NCBI GenBank assembly: GCA_002269645.1
Contig: NIVC01002543.1
Span: 1 to 64,000, forward strand
Origin: Macrostomum lignano
Lineage: Eukaryota
Reading direction: 5' to 3'
DNA: 64,000 bases
Shown piece by piece: positions 1-11,200 of the stretch. The notes under the pieces are model-generated. The model did not search any database. It saw nothing but the letters and a program-made list of their open reading frames with translations, and was not told the DNA's origin. Numbering within the stretch: the stretch's first letter is position 1; every line of letters starts with the position of its first letter. The position numbers and the translations under genes are program-made.

Positions 1-2625
1 CACAGACTTCGCCCTGCCCGCACCGGAGCACCGTTGCTCGCTGATCGCCAGCGGCGGCCGCAGCTTCGCCCTGACGCCTTCAGTCGAGATCCCGACGGAA
101 AGAGCCCTCACGAGCGTCTACTCCTATGTGAGGCTCGGTCCGAGTTCAGACTCACCGTTAGCGCGTCCTTCGAGCACGGTAACGTGTCGTGCGAGTCCCG
201 ACTGAGGGGCACCGGCGTGATGGAGACAAGGCAGCTGGCTGTGCCGCGTTCTTCTGTGAGTCTGAGACGAGCTGCTGCTCATGAGCACACTGCTTGGCTG
301 AGATTCGAACGAAGCCAACTTCCTGGTCTCACATTTACAGACCGCTGCAACACAGTCTTCCTGATGCCGGAGCCTTTCTACTGGAAGGACGGCTCGACAG
401 TCAACCTGACAGTTGACTCATCGGATAGCAACGAGCTGGAGACAAGCCACAGCTGCTGGTTGCAGTCCGACTTCGGAAACACCAGCTTGGCGTCCATTTC
501 GGTAGGAGAATCGGGCTTGGGTTGAAGATTAGTCAGCCAGTTGATTTACTTTCACACCTGCCTGTGTCACACAATTTCAGGACACAAACAGCAGCAGCAG
601 CTACCTGCTGAATGTGAGCCGGAGCTGGGCAGCGAGGCGACGCTGCAATGTCTGGTAAACCAGTCAGGCCTGTTTGAGACTTGGACTCATCAGCGACTGC
701 CAACTGTGCTGTGTGAGTCCGAGTACATTAGATTTATCCACCAGTATTTCATGAACTTTAAGGCCACGGGGCTAAGAGGTCACTCTAAATATAGTATGAA
801 CTGTATTTAAATATGTTCGCCAAACTGTTCGCATAAAAACTAATCGCAGACCCCGCTGCAATGAGCATCATCCTGCAGGACGTCCACGAAGCAAACAGCT
901 CAGTCAACTTTAGCGTCAGCGTCTCGAAAGGCCAGCCTCAGCCCACTGTAAACTGCAGCCTCTCATGGCAAGGAGCAGTTGCTGAGCTTCCGCTCACGCC
1001 GACTCTGGTGAGAACTCCCGACTCCTTTTCACTAAAGAAGACGCTCTGTCTCTATCAACAGCTCTCACATTTCAGTCCGGCAGCTTCAATGTGACAAAGG
1101 CAATGCACAACGGCTTCATCAGGTGTGACCTTACTCAAAGTAACGGATCGACCGTTCTGTTCACACACAGCGCCTCTCGCAGACTCACGGTTCACCGTAA
1201 GCATCCATTTTGTTGCTAGCTAATGTACATGTTGCAGGTCACGGAACCGGTCTTCTCTTCAGACACAAGCCGGAGCAGCTGGTCGGCGCGTGAGCCAGTC
1301 GTGCTGAAGGAGGGCCAGCAAATGTGGGTCACCGTGGAGTCGATCGAAGGCAACCCGGAGCCAAAGCAGCGGTGCTGGCTGCAGATGACTGACGGTTCAG
1401 TGGTGAGTCATGGGCTCTTGAACTGTGTGCTAACAGGTATATAACTAATACAGCAGTGTACATTGGAACTGCAGGTGCAGCTAAAAGCCAGTCGAGTATA
1501 CACCAGCAATCTCCACCTCGTGAGCAAGTTCCTGATCACGTTTGTTCGGAGATTCAACTCCGGCACTTGAGGTGCAGAGCCAGCCAGACCGGCAGATCGG
1601 ACTACACTCGGGACTTCTGGCAGAACATCACCGTTTTCTGTTAGTTTTTTCTGTGAGACGGTATACTCTTTACTGCATGGGTGTTGCGGCTCACAAGCAT
1701 TGATTTGAGCATTCGGTTTGTTGCAGTCTCTGCGAACACAGTCGGCTGGTCTGGTCGACTGATCAACGGGTCGGAGCTGATGCTGACGATCCTGACGGAG
1801 GAGGGCAACCCGCGACCAGAGCTGCACTGCTCCTTGACCTCAGAGACTGTCAGCATCGACACTGTGACGGTGAGTTGCATTCTACGGCACATCTGATTTT
1901 TTTTGTTTTTTTTCAGTATCAACTCAAATAGTTCTGAGATATTTCTGAGTCATCTCATTCTTTGTTTATATCCAGATGATTCCTATATTCGAACGTATGG
2001 GGCAAAACAGTGGCTGGGTTAAAAATATTCGGCTGCTGCAACAGTTTATGGAACCGCAGGCGGAAGTCACAATCAGTTGCATGGTCAGCCAGTCGACCGA
2101 GAATGGTACAATAATTTTTGGGCCCTCTAAAAATTCCAAAGTTCTTCCTGCGGATTATTGTAAGTTGAAGTGTAAAATGTAAGCATTGTTTTCCAGCAAG
2201 CCTTGTTTTTTACTACTTTCCAGCTGCACATAGTCTCCGTTTTTCAGCAGTAAAGCAGGCCGATGTTCAGGGAAGCCTTTTTAATGACAAAGTGCAAGTT
2301 GTTTCAATCAATCAATCAATCCGTGCGGCTGCACACTCGGCTACAATAGTTTTTAAGCCGAGCATCGAACCCATAACGGACACAACGGCTTTAGCTGCTG
2401 CCGCTGCTGCCAGAGACGACTGGCTGTTCCGCGATGCTCAGACTGGATCTGGAAATGGCCTTCTGGGTCTGGGCTTGGGTCTCCTGGCCGCTGCGTTTGC
2501 TATCGGACTGGCGATTGGCACGTATCGATGGCTGAGCAGATCTGGGCGCAGTACTCAGCTGGTTTCGATTCCGATGCGAGTGTCGAGATTGAACTCGCAG
2601 CAGCCGTCAACCACGCCTCATCGTG
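1..2625 (+). CDS. 3' part of a diverged Ig-repeat type-I membrane receptor (cluster paralogue 1), with apparent frameshifts
   Basis: Spliced exons give Ig-like C2-set segments matching copies A-C (FYWKDGSTVNLTV..SHSCWL; ATLQCLVNQSG; EGNPEPKQRCWLQ; RDFWQNITVF). TM segment GLLGLGLGLLAAAFAIGLAIGTY at ~2460-2530, then donor CGT|GTAAGT at ~2625. Single-G shortfalls at ~627 and ~1562 break the frame. Final exon(s) not located. Confidence 0.7.
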
Positions 2626-4271
2626 TAAGTGCTTGTTCAAGCCTTTTGTTTTTAATGGCCTCGACAAGACTTCATATTTAATATTATGAACGGGAAAAAT
2701 TACCTCATTTTAGCCATCTTCAAATCTGAGTGAAATTTCAGCGTGAATAGATTTGTCGAGATCGAAGTTGGTACGCAAAAGCAATAAATTTAAGCAATTT
2801 GATTAGTTTAATTATCAATGACTCCTGTCTTTTTAAAACCGTTTTCCTTCCTTTCATTACCGATTTTTTAAGTCCATAATTTTATAGGAAATATCTGTGG
2901 AAGCTGAGGAAGTCCACAGTGTTAATATTGCTAATTTTAATAGTAATCGCAGATTACTACTCGTATAATTACTAGAAGGGCACTGGGCAAATTTGCGAGT
3001 AAGCTACTTTCAGTTCAGTAGTGAGTTAAAAAAATAAACGCATTTTAAAAGTATTTTAGGACGAGACTCAACTACTGGTGGCCCTCTGACCCCCAACTGA
3101 ACCCCTATCTGACCGCGTCTTTCCACACAAAATCTCTGCCCCAATTTTTATTGCCCTCCTCGATGTACACTCTCAGTAGCACTGGCTGTCTAAATGTACA
3201 TCACGCTTTTTACGTCTACGAGTTCACCCAAATTGTCTCTATTTTCATAAAATTGCTTACGCATTCCTCCTCACTACTGAGCTGAAAGTAGAGAAACTAA
3301 CAGTTTTGCATCAAACAAAAATGCTGCAGTGGCTAATCTACTCGTAATTCCCATAATTTGGTTTCGTACGGTTTATTTATTTCGGTTGCTGGATGTTTTC
3401 TAATTATGCTGCTAAATTAAATTACTTTAATATCGAATTAGTAAATAAAAATAAATTCTGCAATCCCAACAGAGAGTCCCCACTCATAGTTTGGAGTCGA
3501 AATGCTTTGTACTATTCTCTGGTCTATTTTATTTGGTGCTAGAACGATTCAATGCCACACAGTATTGCTATATGCTGTAGCCACATCCGTTAGCTGATTC
3601 AATCTGCATATCGAAGCAAGCTTGTCTCAACTGGTAATATAAACAATTCTGCATCCAAGAATACATGCAAACCCTAAAATTGACACTATCTTATCGTGCG
3701 CGTGTATTCTAACGTCTAAATTTTGATGAGAAAATTAAATGGACACGCATGCTGATGTCTCTCTTTCGTGGCGCTATATAATGGTTAATTATTATTATTT
3801 CTCAGTGTCGCTATTCAGAAAGTTTGATAAAAAAATGAAATATTATAACTATAATTAGTAGCATATTGCTCATTGAAATTCAACAACGCTCTGTCGGTGG
3901 TACACCAGCAGATCGACCAGGTCTCTGAGGGCAGTTTCAGAGAGACTCCGCGGCCTGACATTCATTCAGCCAGTGCATGACATTTTGACGCACAACTTCC
4001 CTCTCAAGCCATGTTCTGTGGTCATATTTGGCACCATGAGCATCCCAGGGCACAGCATACAGATAGTACTCACCTCCCTAATCCCTAGCAGAATCTGTCG
4101 CACAGTTGACTCGCAGTTTTCGCTGCTCATCCGTGAGTATCTCTGTTGCAGATCCTCTAGGAGAATGCTAAGAATTATATACTGTGGTCATTGCTTAGCT
4201 GCTCGGAAAGATCACTAGATGAGAGGTGAGGATCATCAGAGATCATTTCATTCATCTTCAGGGTCAGTTCA

Positions 4272-4545
4272 TTATTTTTTAGCCTCAATGGCCAGATGTG
4301 CAACCGACATCTCAGCCGCAGCTATTGCGCGGCGCATCTGAAGGCTGCGTACGTACGGCTGTTCAGTCCAAGGACTGGGGGGGGGGGTCACACACACACC
4401 CTCAATTACCCCAGCTACTCGTAATTCTGGCTTGGTGAACTGAAGCAATGCAGAGTTAGTGTCTTGCTCAAGAACACAAATTATTACGCGTGGGTTGAGA
4501 ATCGAACCCCCGACCTTTCAGTCTTGCGGCCGACCCTGTCAGGTA
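4272..4545 (-). mobile_element. tRNA-derived SINE with CORE-like central domain
   Basis: The minus strand has a B-box-like GGTTCGATTC (rc of 4499-4509), then TTGAGCAAGACACTAACTCTGCATTGCTTCAGTTCACC. The body is shared with a second copy at 41385-41612 in opposite orientation. Confidence 0.75.
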
Positions 4546-4826
4546 ATGTTTTGCAGACGAAAGTTAATATTCTGCAACAAAAGTTCTAACGCAGTAGCGC
4601 CGCAAGCTACAAAAATATTTCCTGAGCCCTTTTCGCTATTTGATTTTTTTACAATTTTTTTCAAATTTTTCAATTTTTTTTCAAATTTTTACATAATTTG
4701 AATTACATTAATTGATGCTTTAAGTGTATAACAGTGGAGTGGACAGGCGCACACATTGCGAAGTGGGTAAATCATATCATAGATTGATGTACGAAGCTAA
4801 AAAACTAAAGAAAACTAGCGAAGTTA

Positions 4827-7421
4827 GGGTCTGTATAAAAGCTGGCACGGGTGTTGGTATTTCGCGGCCCGGCCCGGCCCGGCCCGGGCGGCCCCTATTT
4901 AGCCAATGTAAATCTATTTTAGTAAATAAGTAAAACAAAAAATACTGACCAGAATGCCGCATATTTTAAGAGTCAATTGTGAGTTTACTACGTAGTAAAA
5001 TATTGATTGTTTATTTAATGAACTTCTGATGCTCTATTTTTTAAAATTAAGTTAAAAACTTAAGTAACAAGACCGTCGGGCCGGGCCGGGCCGGGCCGCG
5101 AAATACCAACACCCTGGAAGCTGGCAAGTTGGCATCACTGGCATCAATGTAGTTAAACAAAATTTCTAATAAATTATAATTAACTAACAACTCGATGTTT
5201 CTTAAACACAAATTATGTCGTTTTTTTTACAAATTAATGCAGTAGCTGTTAAGAAAGTTATTCATAAAACTTTAGCTTTATTGATATCTAAAAGATTCAA
5301 TATTCAACTCATAGGCCACTAAATTTTATTCTAGGTACACGTATTATTATGTATGCCGCTGATGATTGCACGTTTGCATGTATATGAACGAAACTTAAAG
5401 TGTATAAATCTGTGATTTTTACATATAATATACTAATAAATCTTAATTTTACTTAATAAGGTGATTTCATTTCATCTGAATTCATTCGATCATATACTAA
5501 ATATTTGGAAGCTACATTCATTCGTGGTTCGTTCAAGTAAAAACCAAGGATAATATAAAAATAATTAAACTGAAAGTCAAGGATACAAATTTCGTGGACA
5601 TAAAATAGCTGCATTGTTCAGGATTTGACTGAAAAATGTACACTCCCAAAATCATGTTTTTATTTGCATATATCAGCCTTGGTATACTTTGTAGTATCCT
5701 TATTGATTTGGCAGCCATATAGCTCGTACTTAATAACTGAAAATTTAATGAGTTTAAAACTCACACAATATTTGAACGAAAGCACTACGAAACTTACATG
5801 AAATAATTAAATTTGGTGACATAAACAATAATTGCAATCGTGAAAAAGAGGTATATAATTTAAAAAAAGAAATCATAAGTTCCAAAATATAAAAACCAAA
5901 AATACACTTAAAATGAGTAAGAAGCAACATTAACTGCTAAATTGTTATGTTGTCAAAGTCCGAGAAGAAGCGATCTAGATGCTGAAATACACATTGATTT
6001 TTTATTTTGAGACAATACAAAAATATGTAAACAATAACCATGCAAACTCTTTCCAATGAAAAATGCAATAAAGGATCAAGGAATAAAACTAAAAATGACA
6101 AGAAAAAAACTATTAGTAAAATCATAAACATGAGATAACATGTAATTTTTTTTGTGAATTATGAATAGATTTTGTTAATAGTAAAAATTATTATTAAAAA
6201 GATAGTTTTTTCTCATTACAAATTCACAAAATGAAGCTGGGTAGTTGCATTTCCATGCTGCTTTTATACTTACTGAATTACAAGGAACTGGCAAGTATAG
6301 CCTGAGACTGCCTGTAACCAAAACCAGGTGCGTGTACATCCAGATGTTGTCGCCAGAAGGTCGCTTAAGGAAACAGAGTCGCAGTGCCCTACTAGTAGGT
6401 AACTTCGCATTGGCGTTTTGTTGCAACCCTGCAATTTTCGTTACGCCACAATTGTAATTTTTGTTAACTGTGGTTAAGTCACCATAGTAAAATTTCTATA
6501 CATGTAAAAGTATCGAAGTGATGTTACTCTGTATTTATATAGAATTACCTTTTCATGCAATACATGTATGCGTGGCGTGTTGAAAATTATCTAGAACAAT
6601 TAAATGACTTTGAGACATCATTTACTGGCGTAATAAGTACATGTACATATTGCTTCGAATTGAAAAGACGGCCTAATAAAAATACAATTTGATATTGTGG
6701 CCGAGTTACAGCCTACAGTCATCCAGATGGGGGCTAAGACGGATATTCTCTGAGTTAATCAACAAATCAGGGCAGATGTAACCGTCTGAGCTCAACAGAA
6801 TTAAATGTATTTATGACATGCAAAGCTAATATGAAAGAAATCAAAGCTGGATATATGCACTCAATGTGCCATAAAGCAGTGTGTGTGCATATATACAGTT
6901 AAAGATGTGTAGCAGTTTTAGTAATACTACTAGTAGTAAAAAAGGAAAGTGGTTCAAGTAATTCAAGACACGCACTGTTCAGCAATAAGAAAGAACTGTA
7001 TATTTTGTTTACTGAAAAATTGTAACTCATTTTATGATTATACACAAGTTTAAATTTTGTGCCACATAGGAGCAAAATAAGGCAGAGTGCAAAAAACGAA
7101 GTTCATAGAGAGGCTCGGGAAAATGATAACGATAAAAATTTATTGTCATTTTATTAGCTTGTATAAAATGCATATTATAATGAAAACCAATGCAAAATGC
7201 CAGTGGAAATTTAAAAAATCGATGATTTAGAATTTTGCTTATTACGTTCTTGAAAAGTGCAATAAAATCTAAAATTTTAATAATAAATAAATAAATTTTT
7301 AGTTAAACTGACACTGGACTTTTATTAAATATAAATATTGGAAAAATATTTGTTTGAGTACACTGCTGCCAGTGATGCCAGTATGTATGCCAGTGTCGGT
7401 TGCCAGCTTTTATACAGACCC
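4827..7421. mobile_element. Non-autonomous Mutator/MULE-like DNA transposon
   Basis: Inverted termini GGGTCTGTATAAAAGCTGG / CCAGCTTTTATACAGACCC; exact 9-bp direct repeat GCGAAGTTA at 4818-4826 and 7422-7430; AT-rich interior with no recognisable transposase. Confidence 0.8.
4846..5116. mobile_element. hAT-like MITE nested in the left TIR of the MULE-like element
   Basis: ~38-bp TIRs GGGTGTTGGTATTTCGCGGCCCGGCCCGGCCCGGCCC; flanks AAAGCTGG (4838-4845) and GAAGCTGG (5117-5124), an 8-bp TSD with 1 mismatch; the right MULE TIR shows the empty site. Confidence 0.8.
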
Positions 7422-8204
7422 GCGAAGTTAAGCAAAATAGAATTTTCCGGCCTGACTGCCCTTGATCATCACAACCAATTGCCACTGGTTCCTCTCCCAA
7501 GGGCGGCTGTGAATGGTGCATGTATCACCCACTGATTCAGGCCATAACAGGATCTGTGGCCAGTTGACACTTGCATCCAGTTTATCGTGCCATTGAGCTG
7601 GAATACAGGCTTGCAGTCCGGTCGCTAGTTGGGCGGCGCCAACCCTTGGTCCGCGCCTTCCCGCTGTGTCCCCTCAGGAGCGGCCCTGCTGCTAAGTCAA
7701 GTAAGTCAAAGTCGGTCGCCAGAGGTTTCCTTTGCAGGGCAGCCGGGTTTACCTGACGTCTGCGTCTGCAAAACTTTCTTTAGCTAAAAATATGCCAGAA
7801 AAAAGCATAAGATAAAGAAATTGGATAGATGCTTGCATTGTCAAACCTAAAAATTGTATTGAAGTTACAAACTTAAGTAATAAATTCAGGATTAATATTT
7901 ATCTAATTACTAATTTACATACGAGTACATGCAATGCATCTAGCAGCCGTATAAAATTTTAGAATAAGATTGCTGTAGTTGACCAAACGATGATATTAAA
8001 AGCGATTAAAAGGCTAAAAAAAGCTTTTAATACTCGTACTTCATAATTCGTGGTTTGCATTTACGAGCGTAAAAGACGCTCTAGCACTCTGCATAAACAA
8101 AATTATTGATAAAAAGGTCGGTACTGCTGCAACTCCAGGCAGCTTTCTATATATCAACAAGAAGAGAAAGTTCGCAACCGAGCCAGCAGTTTTCACTCCA
8201 AAGC

Positions 8205-8236
<32 letters not shown>

Positions 8237-8284
8237 CTCAGTTGCCAAGGAAACACTGAAAGCTGCTCTTCCTCATCAGCTGTC

Positions 8285-11200
8285 ATGGCGCAGCTCTTGG
8301 CGCTGTGCGCTCTGTGTGCAGCTCTTTGTGCTCTTGGAGGCGGTGAGTTGTCTGTCTACCCTCAATGCCAGATATATTGTAAGCCTTCATCACTCATGTG
8401 AAGCCCCTGCTCTCTTACAGCGGCGAGCTCCATCAAATTCAACATCACGACAACAAACATCGCGGCTTCCTGGCAGTCGTCGGAATTCGGCAACAGGTGC
8501 TTCAGAGACACGGCTGTGCTTGAGCAGTGGGATTACTTTCACACAACGGACACCCCAGACTCTCATGGATGCCAGTGGCTGCTCATTAAGCTGTTCCGTG
8601 CAATCCGTGTGCAATCAGTCACTGTCTATGGCAGGGCAGCAGGTGAGTTGTCTTGTCCACTTCTGTCTCTTCCGCTTCACTTCTTTCTTACTTCTCTTCT
8701 CACTGCAGTGCCCAGCAGAGCACAGAACATCGAGATTCTGCTGAGTGACAGACTGCCATCGGGTCTGAATGCGAGTGGCGATAGTTGCTATGGGACTCTG
8801 TCCGGTAGCTTGAGCTCGCTCACTCAGTGCGGAGTCACCCAGAGTGAGCAGACTCAGACTCACAAGGTGGCATGCAGCTACTCTGGCTGCCCGAATGTGG
8901 GTTCATCTACTCTTTTGTTGCTGAGTGCAAACAGGCGCAAATAGGTGCAAATGGGTGCAAATAAGGTGCAAATAAGGTGCAAATAGGTGCAAATAGGTGC
9001 AAATAAGGTGCAAATTGGTGGCTAAAACTCACGAAATTTCAGCTGACTGAGTACATCTTGCTAAGGAAGAACGTTCGAAACGAGACTTATAAATACTTAA
9101 AGTATATTAACTTTCAAGCTCTGGAAGTCGAAGAAGGTACGACTTTAGTTAAATAAGCTCAATTATGTCTTCATGGGGCATTTTGACTCTAAACAAACTT
9201 TCTCTCTTTCAGCATCTCAGAATGCGCAGATTTATAGGTGTGAAGTGTCTGGCGGACGCCTCAGTAACTGCAGACTCAATGCTTTGCAAACTTTGAAAAA
9301 TGGCGACAGAGCTTGTATGAAAGTCTGCCCACCGTGTCAGCTTCCGACAACTGATGCAGCATCTTGTCACATTGCTGCTCCAAGTGGCAGAATCACACAG
9401 CTGAGAGTTGTGAGCTCACGGATGAATTTATTTCTTTTAAAATGATTTTCACAGACTATTCGACTAAATAATAGGAATAAGTGGAATGACCAATTATGAA
9501 TGGTAAAAAAATCGTGTTTTTATTCGATTTTAGCCAGTTCCTTAAATTTCTTTCACCATTTTCAGAATGGGAACCCAGACTTCTTTTTAATTGTAATTTT
9601 CATACCGACTGCGGAAAGTCAAGGAGGAAACTTCACGTGTAACTTTAACTGCTCGAACGAGTTGCCTCAGTCAGCAACTGAACCAATCGGTTTCTTTGGT
9701 ATGCAGCTTTTGTGTGTACTTTTTACCTTAGACAGGTGAATTCAAATGAAACTTATAGATTTGTAGAGCAACCTTGTACTATTCAAACTGTTTTAATCTG
9801 GGGTATTGGTATTTTGCTAGCAGCCTAGCAGCAAGGACTACTCAAGTACATAAATATAGGACGCAACACTCGAAATCTACGGTAAATGTTTTAAAGGCAA
9901 CTTTTCGCCGAAAAATATACAGAGATAGAAGGTTTTAATCTTATGAGAAAAACGTTTAAAATAATGACAAGACCAATTTAACATGCATATTAAATAAATG
10001 CGTTGTTAGAGCAGCATGTGAGACACAAAATAGTGTGATTAGGACTTTTTTTGACACTGTTAAGAGACCTAAATACTGTTTTAGTGTTGAAAATCGTGAA
10101 ACTTCCTATCTCCGTAGTGTATTTTTCCGATGAAACCTGCCTTTAAAACTATTTCTGAACAAAAAACTGCAGTACAAATTTTTTTTGTACTGCAGTACAA
10201 ATGACACCCTAGCAGCAGGTGCAGTACAAATGACAGCCTAGCAGCAGGTGCAGTACAAATGACACCCTAGCAGCAGGTGCAGTACAAATGACACCCTAGC
10301 AGCAGGTGCAGTACAAATGACACCCTAGCAGCAGGTGCAGTACAAATGACACCCTAGCAGCAGGTGCAGTACAAATGACACCCTAGCAGCAGGTTCAGTG
10401 CCAATGGCTAAGCTAATTTTCTGTTGCAGAAGAGAAGCCCAGAAGTGTCAGCATTGAGCCCAGCAACAGGGTCCAGATTGGATCAAGGATATTTCTGGCT
10501 CCAGGCATGGAGTTTCACTTCAGCTTCATCACAGAAGCTGCGTACCCAAGTCCCATCCATGCTTGCAGGCTGGTGAGAACTTCTGAGCGGGAAACTAAAG
10601 AAGATACTTCAGGTGTTCAACTGCATCCATTCACAGAGGTGAGAAAATTCTGTGCAATCTTACTACTTTCATTTCCCATTCTGATATTCTCTCATCAAAT
10701 GCTTTTTCAGAGATCCCTCACTGACGCATCATCGAACAAAAGCCATGCAATTACCAAGATCTCAGAGTACAGACTCAACATTAGCGCACACATGCAAGCA
10801 GCTGGGCAAAAGATACAGTGCGTATCGACTGTCGGTGAAAGCAGTGGAAAAGTGGGGAAATCAATTTCGCTGCCTGAGCTTGTAGGTAAGCAAACTATAG
10901 AAGGCGAACACTGGCAGGTGTGATACCTGGAATTTCTCACCTAATTCACCTGTCTAATTAGATGAGGATGAGTTGAATTGAAACGATAAAAATTACAGTA
11001 CAAAGCAAGCCAGAGTTTCTGCTACCGCCAATCACGGATTGGAAAGACGGCCACTCCGTCTCAGTTGCTGTCGACTCAACAACAGACAGCTCTGTTTCAA
11101 CCAGCCACCGCTGCTTGCTGGAGACTCGAGACGGCAACAGAAGTCTCAACCTTACTCAAGTGAGTCTCGCTTTGGTTTCGTGTCGTTGTGATGTCGGTTT

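Noticed and set aside
127-143. 17-nt micro-intron that would fix the frame of paralogue 1
   Set aside because: Too short compared with the other introns here (typically 60 nt or more); an indel is more parsimonious.
4480-4545. tRNA gene
   Set aside because: Has a B-box but no complete cloverleaf and continues into the SINE body.
8041-8744. Poly-Ala / poly-Gln ORFs overlapping the start of gene A
   Set aside because: They come from the (CTG)n leader and read through introns; the signal-peptide ATG at 8285 is conserved in all three copies.
10962-10985. Apparent premature stop in the Ig3 exon of copy A
   Set aside because: The phase-compatible acceptor is downstream (ATTACAG|TA in A; ACTGCAG|TT in B and C), so the TGA is intronic.
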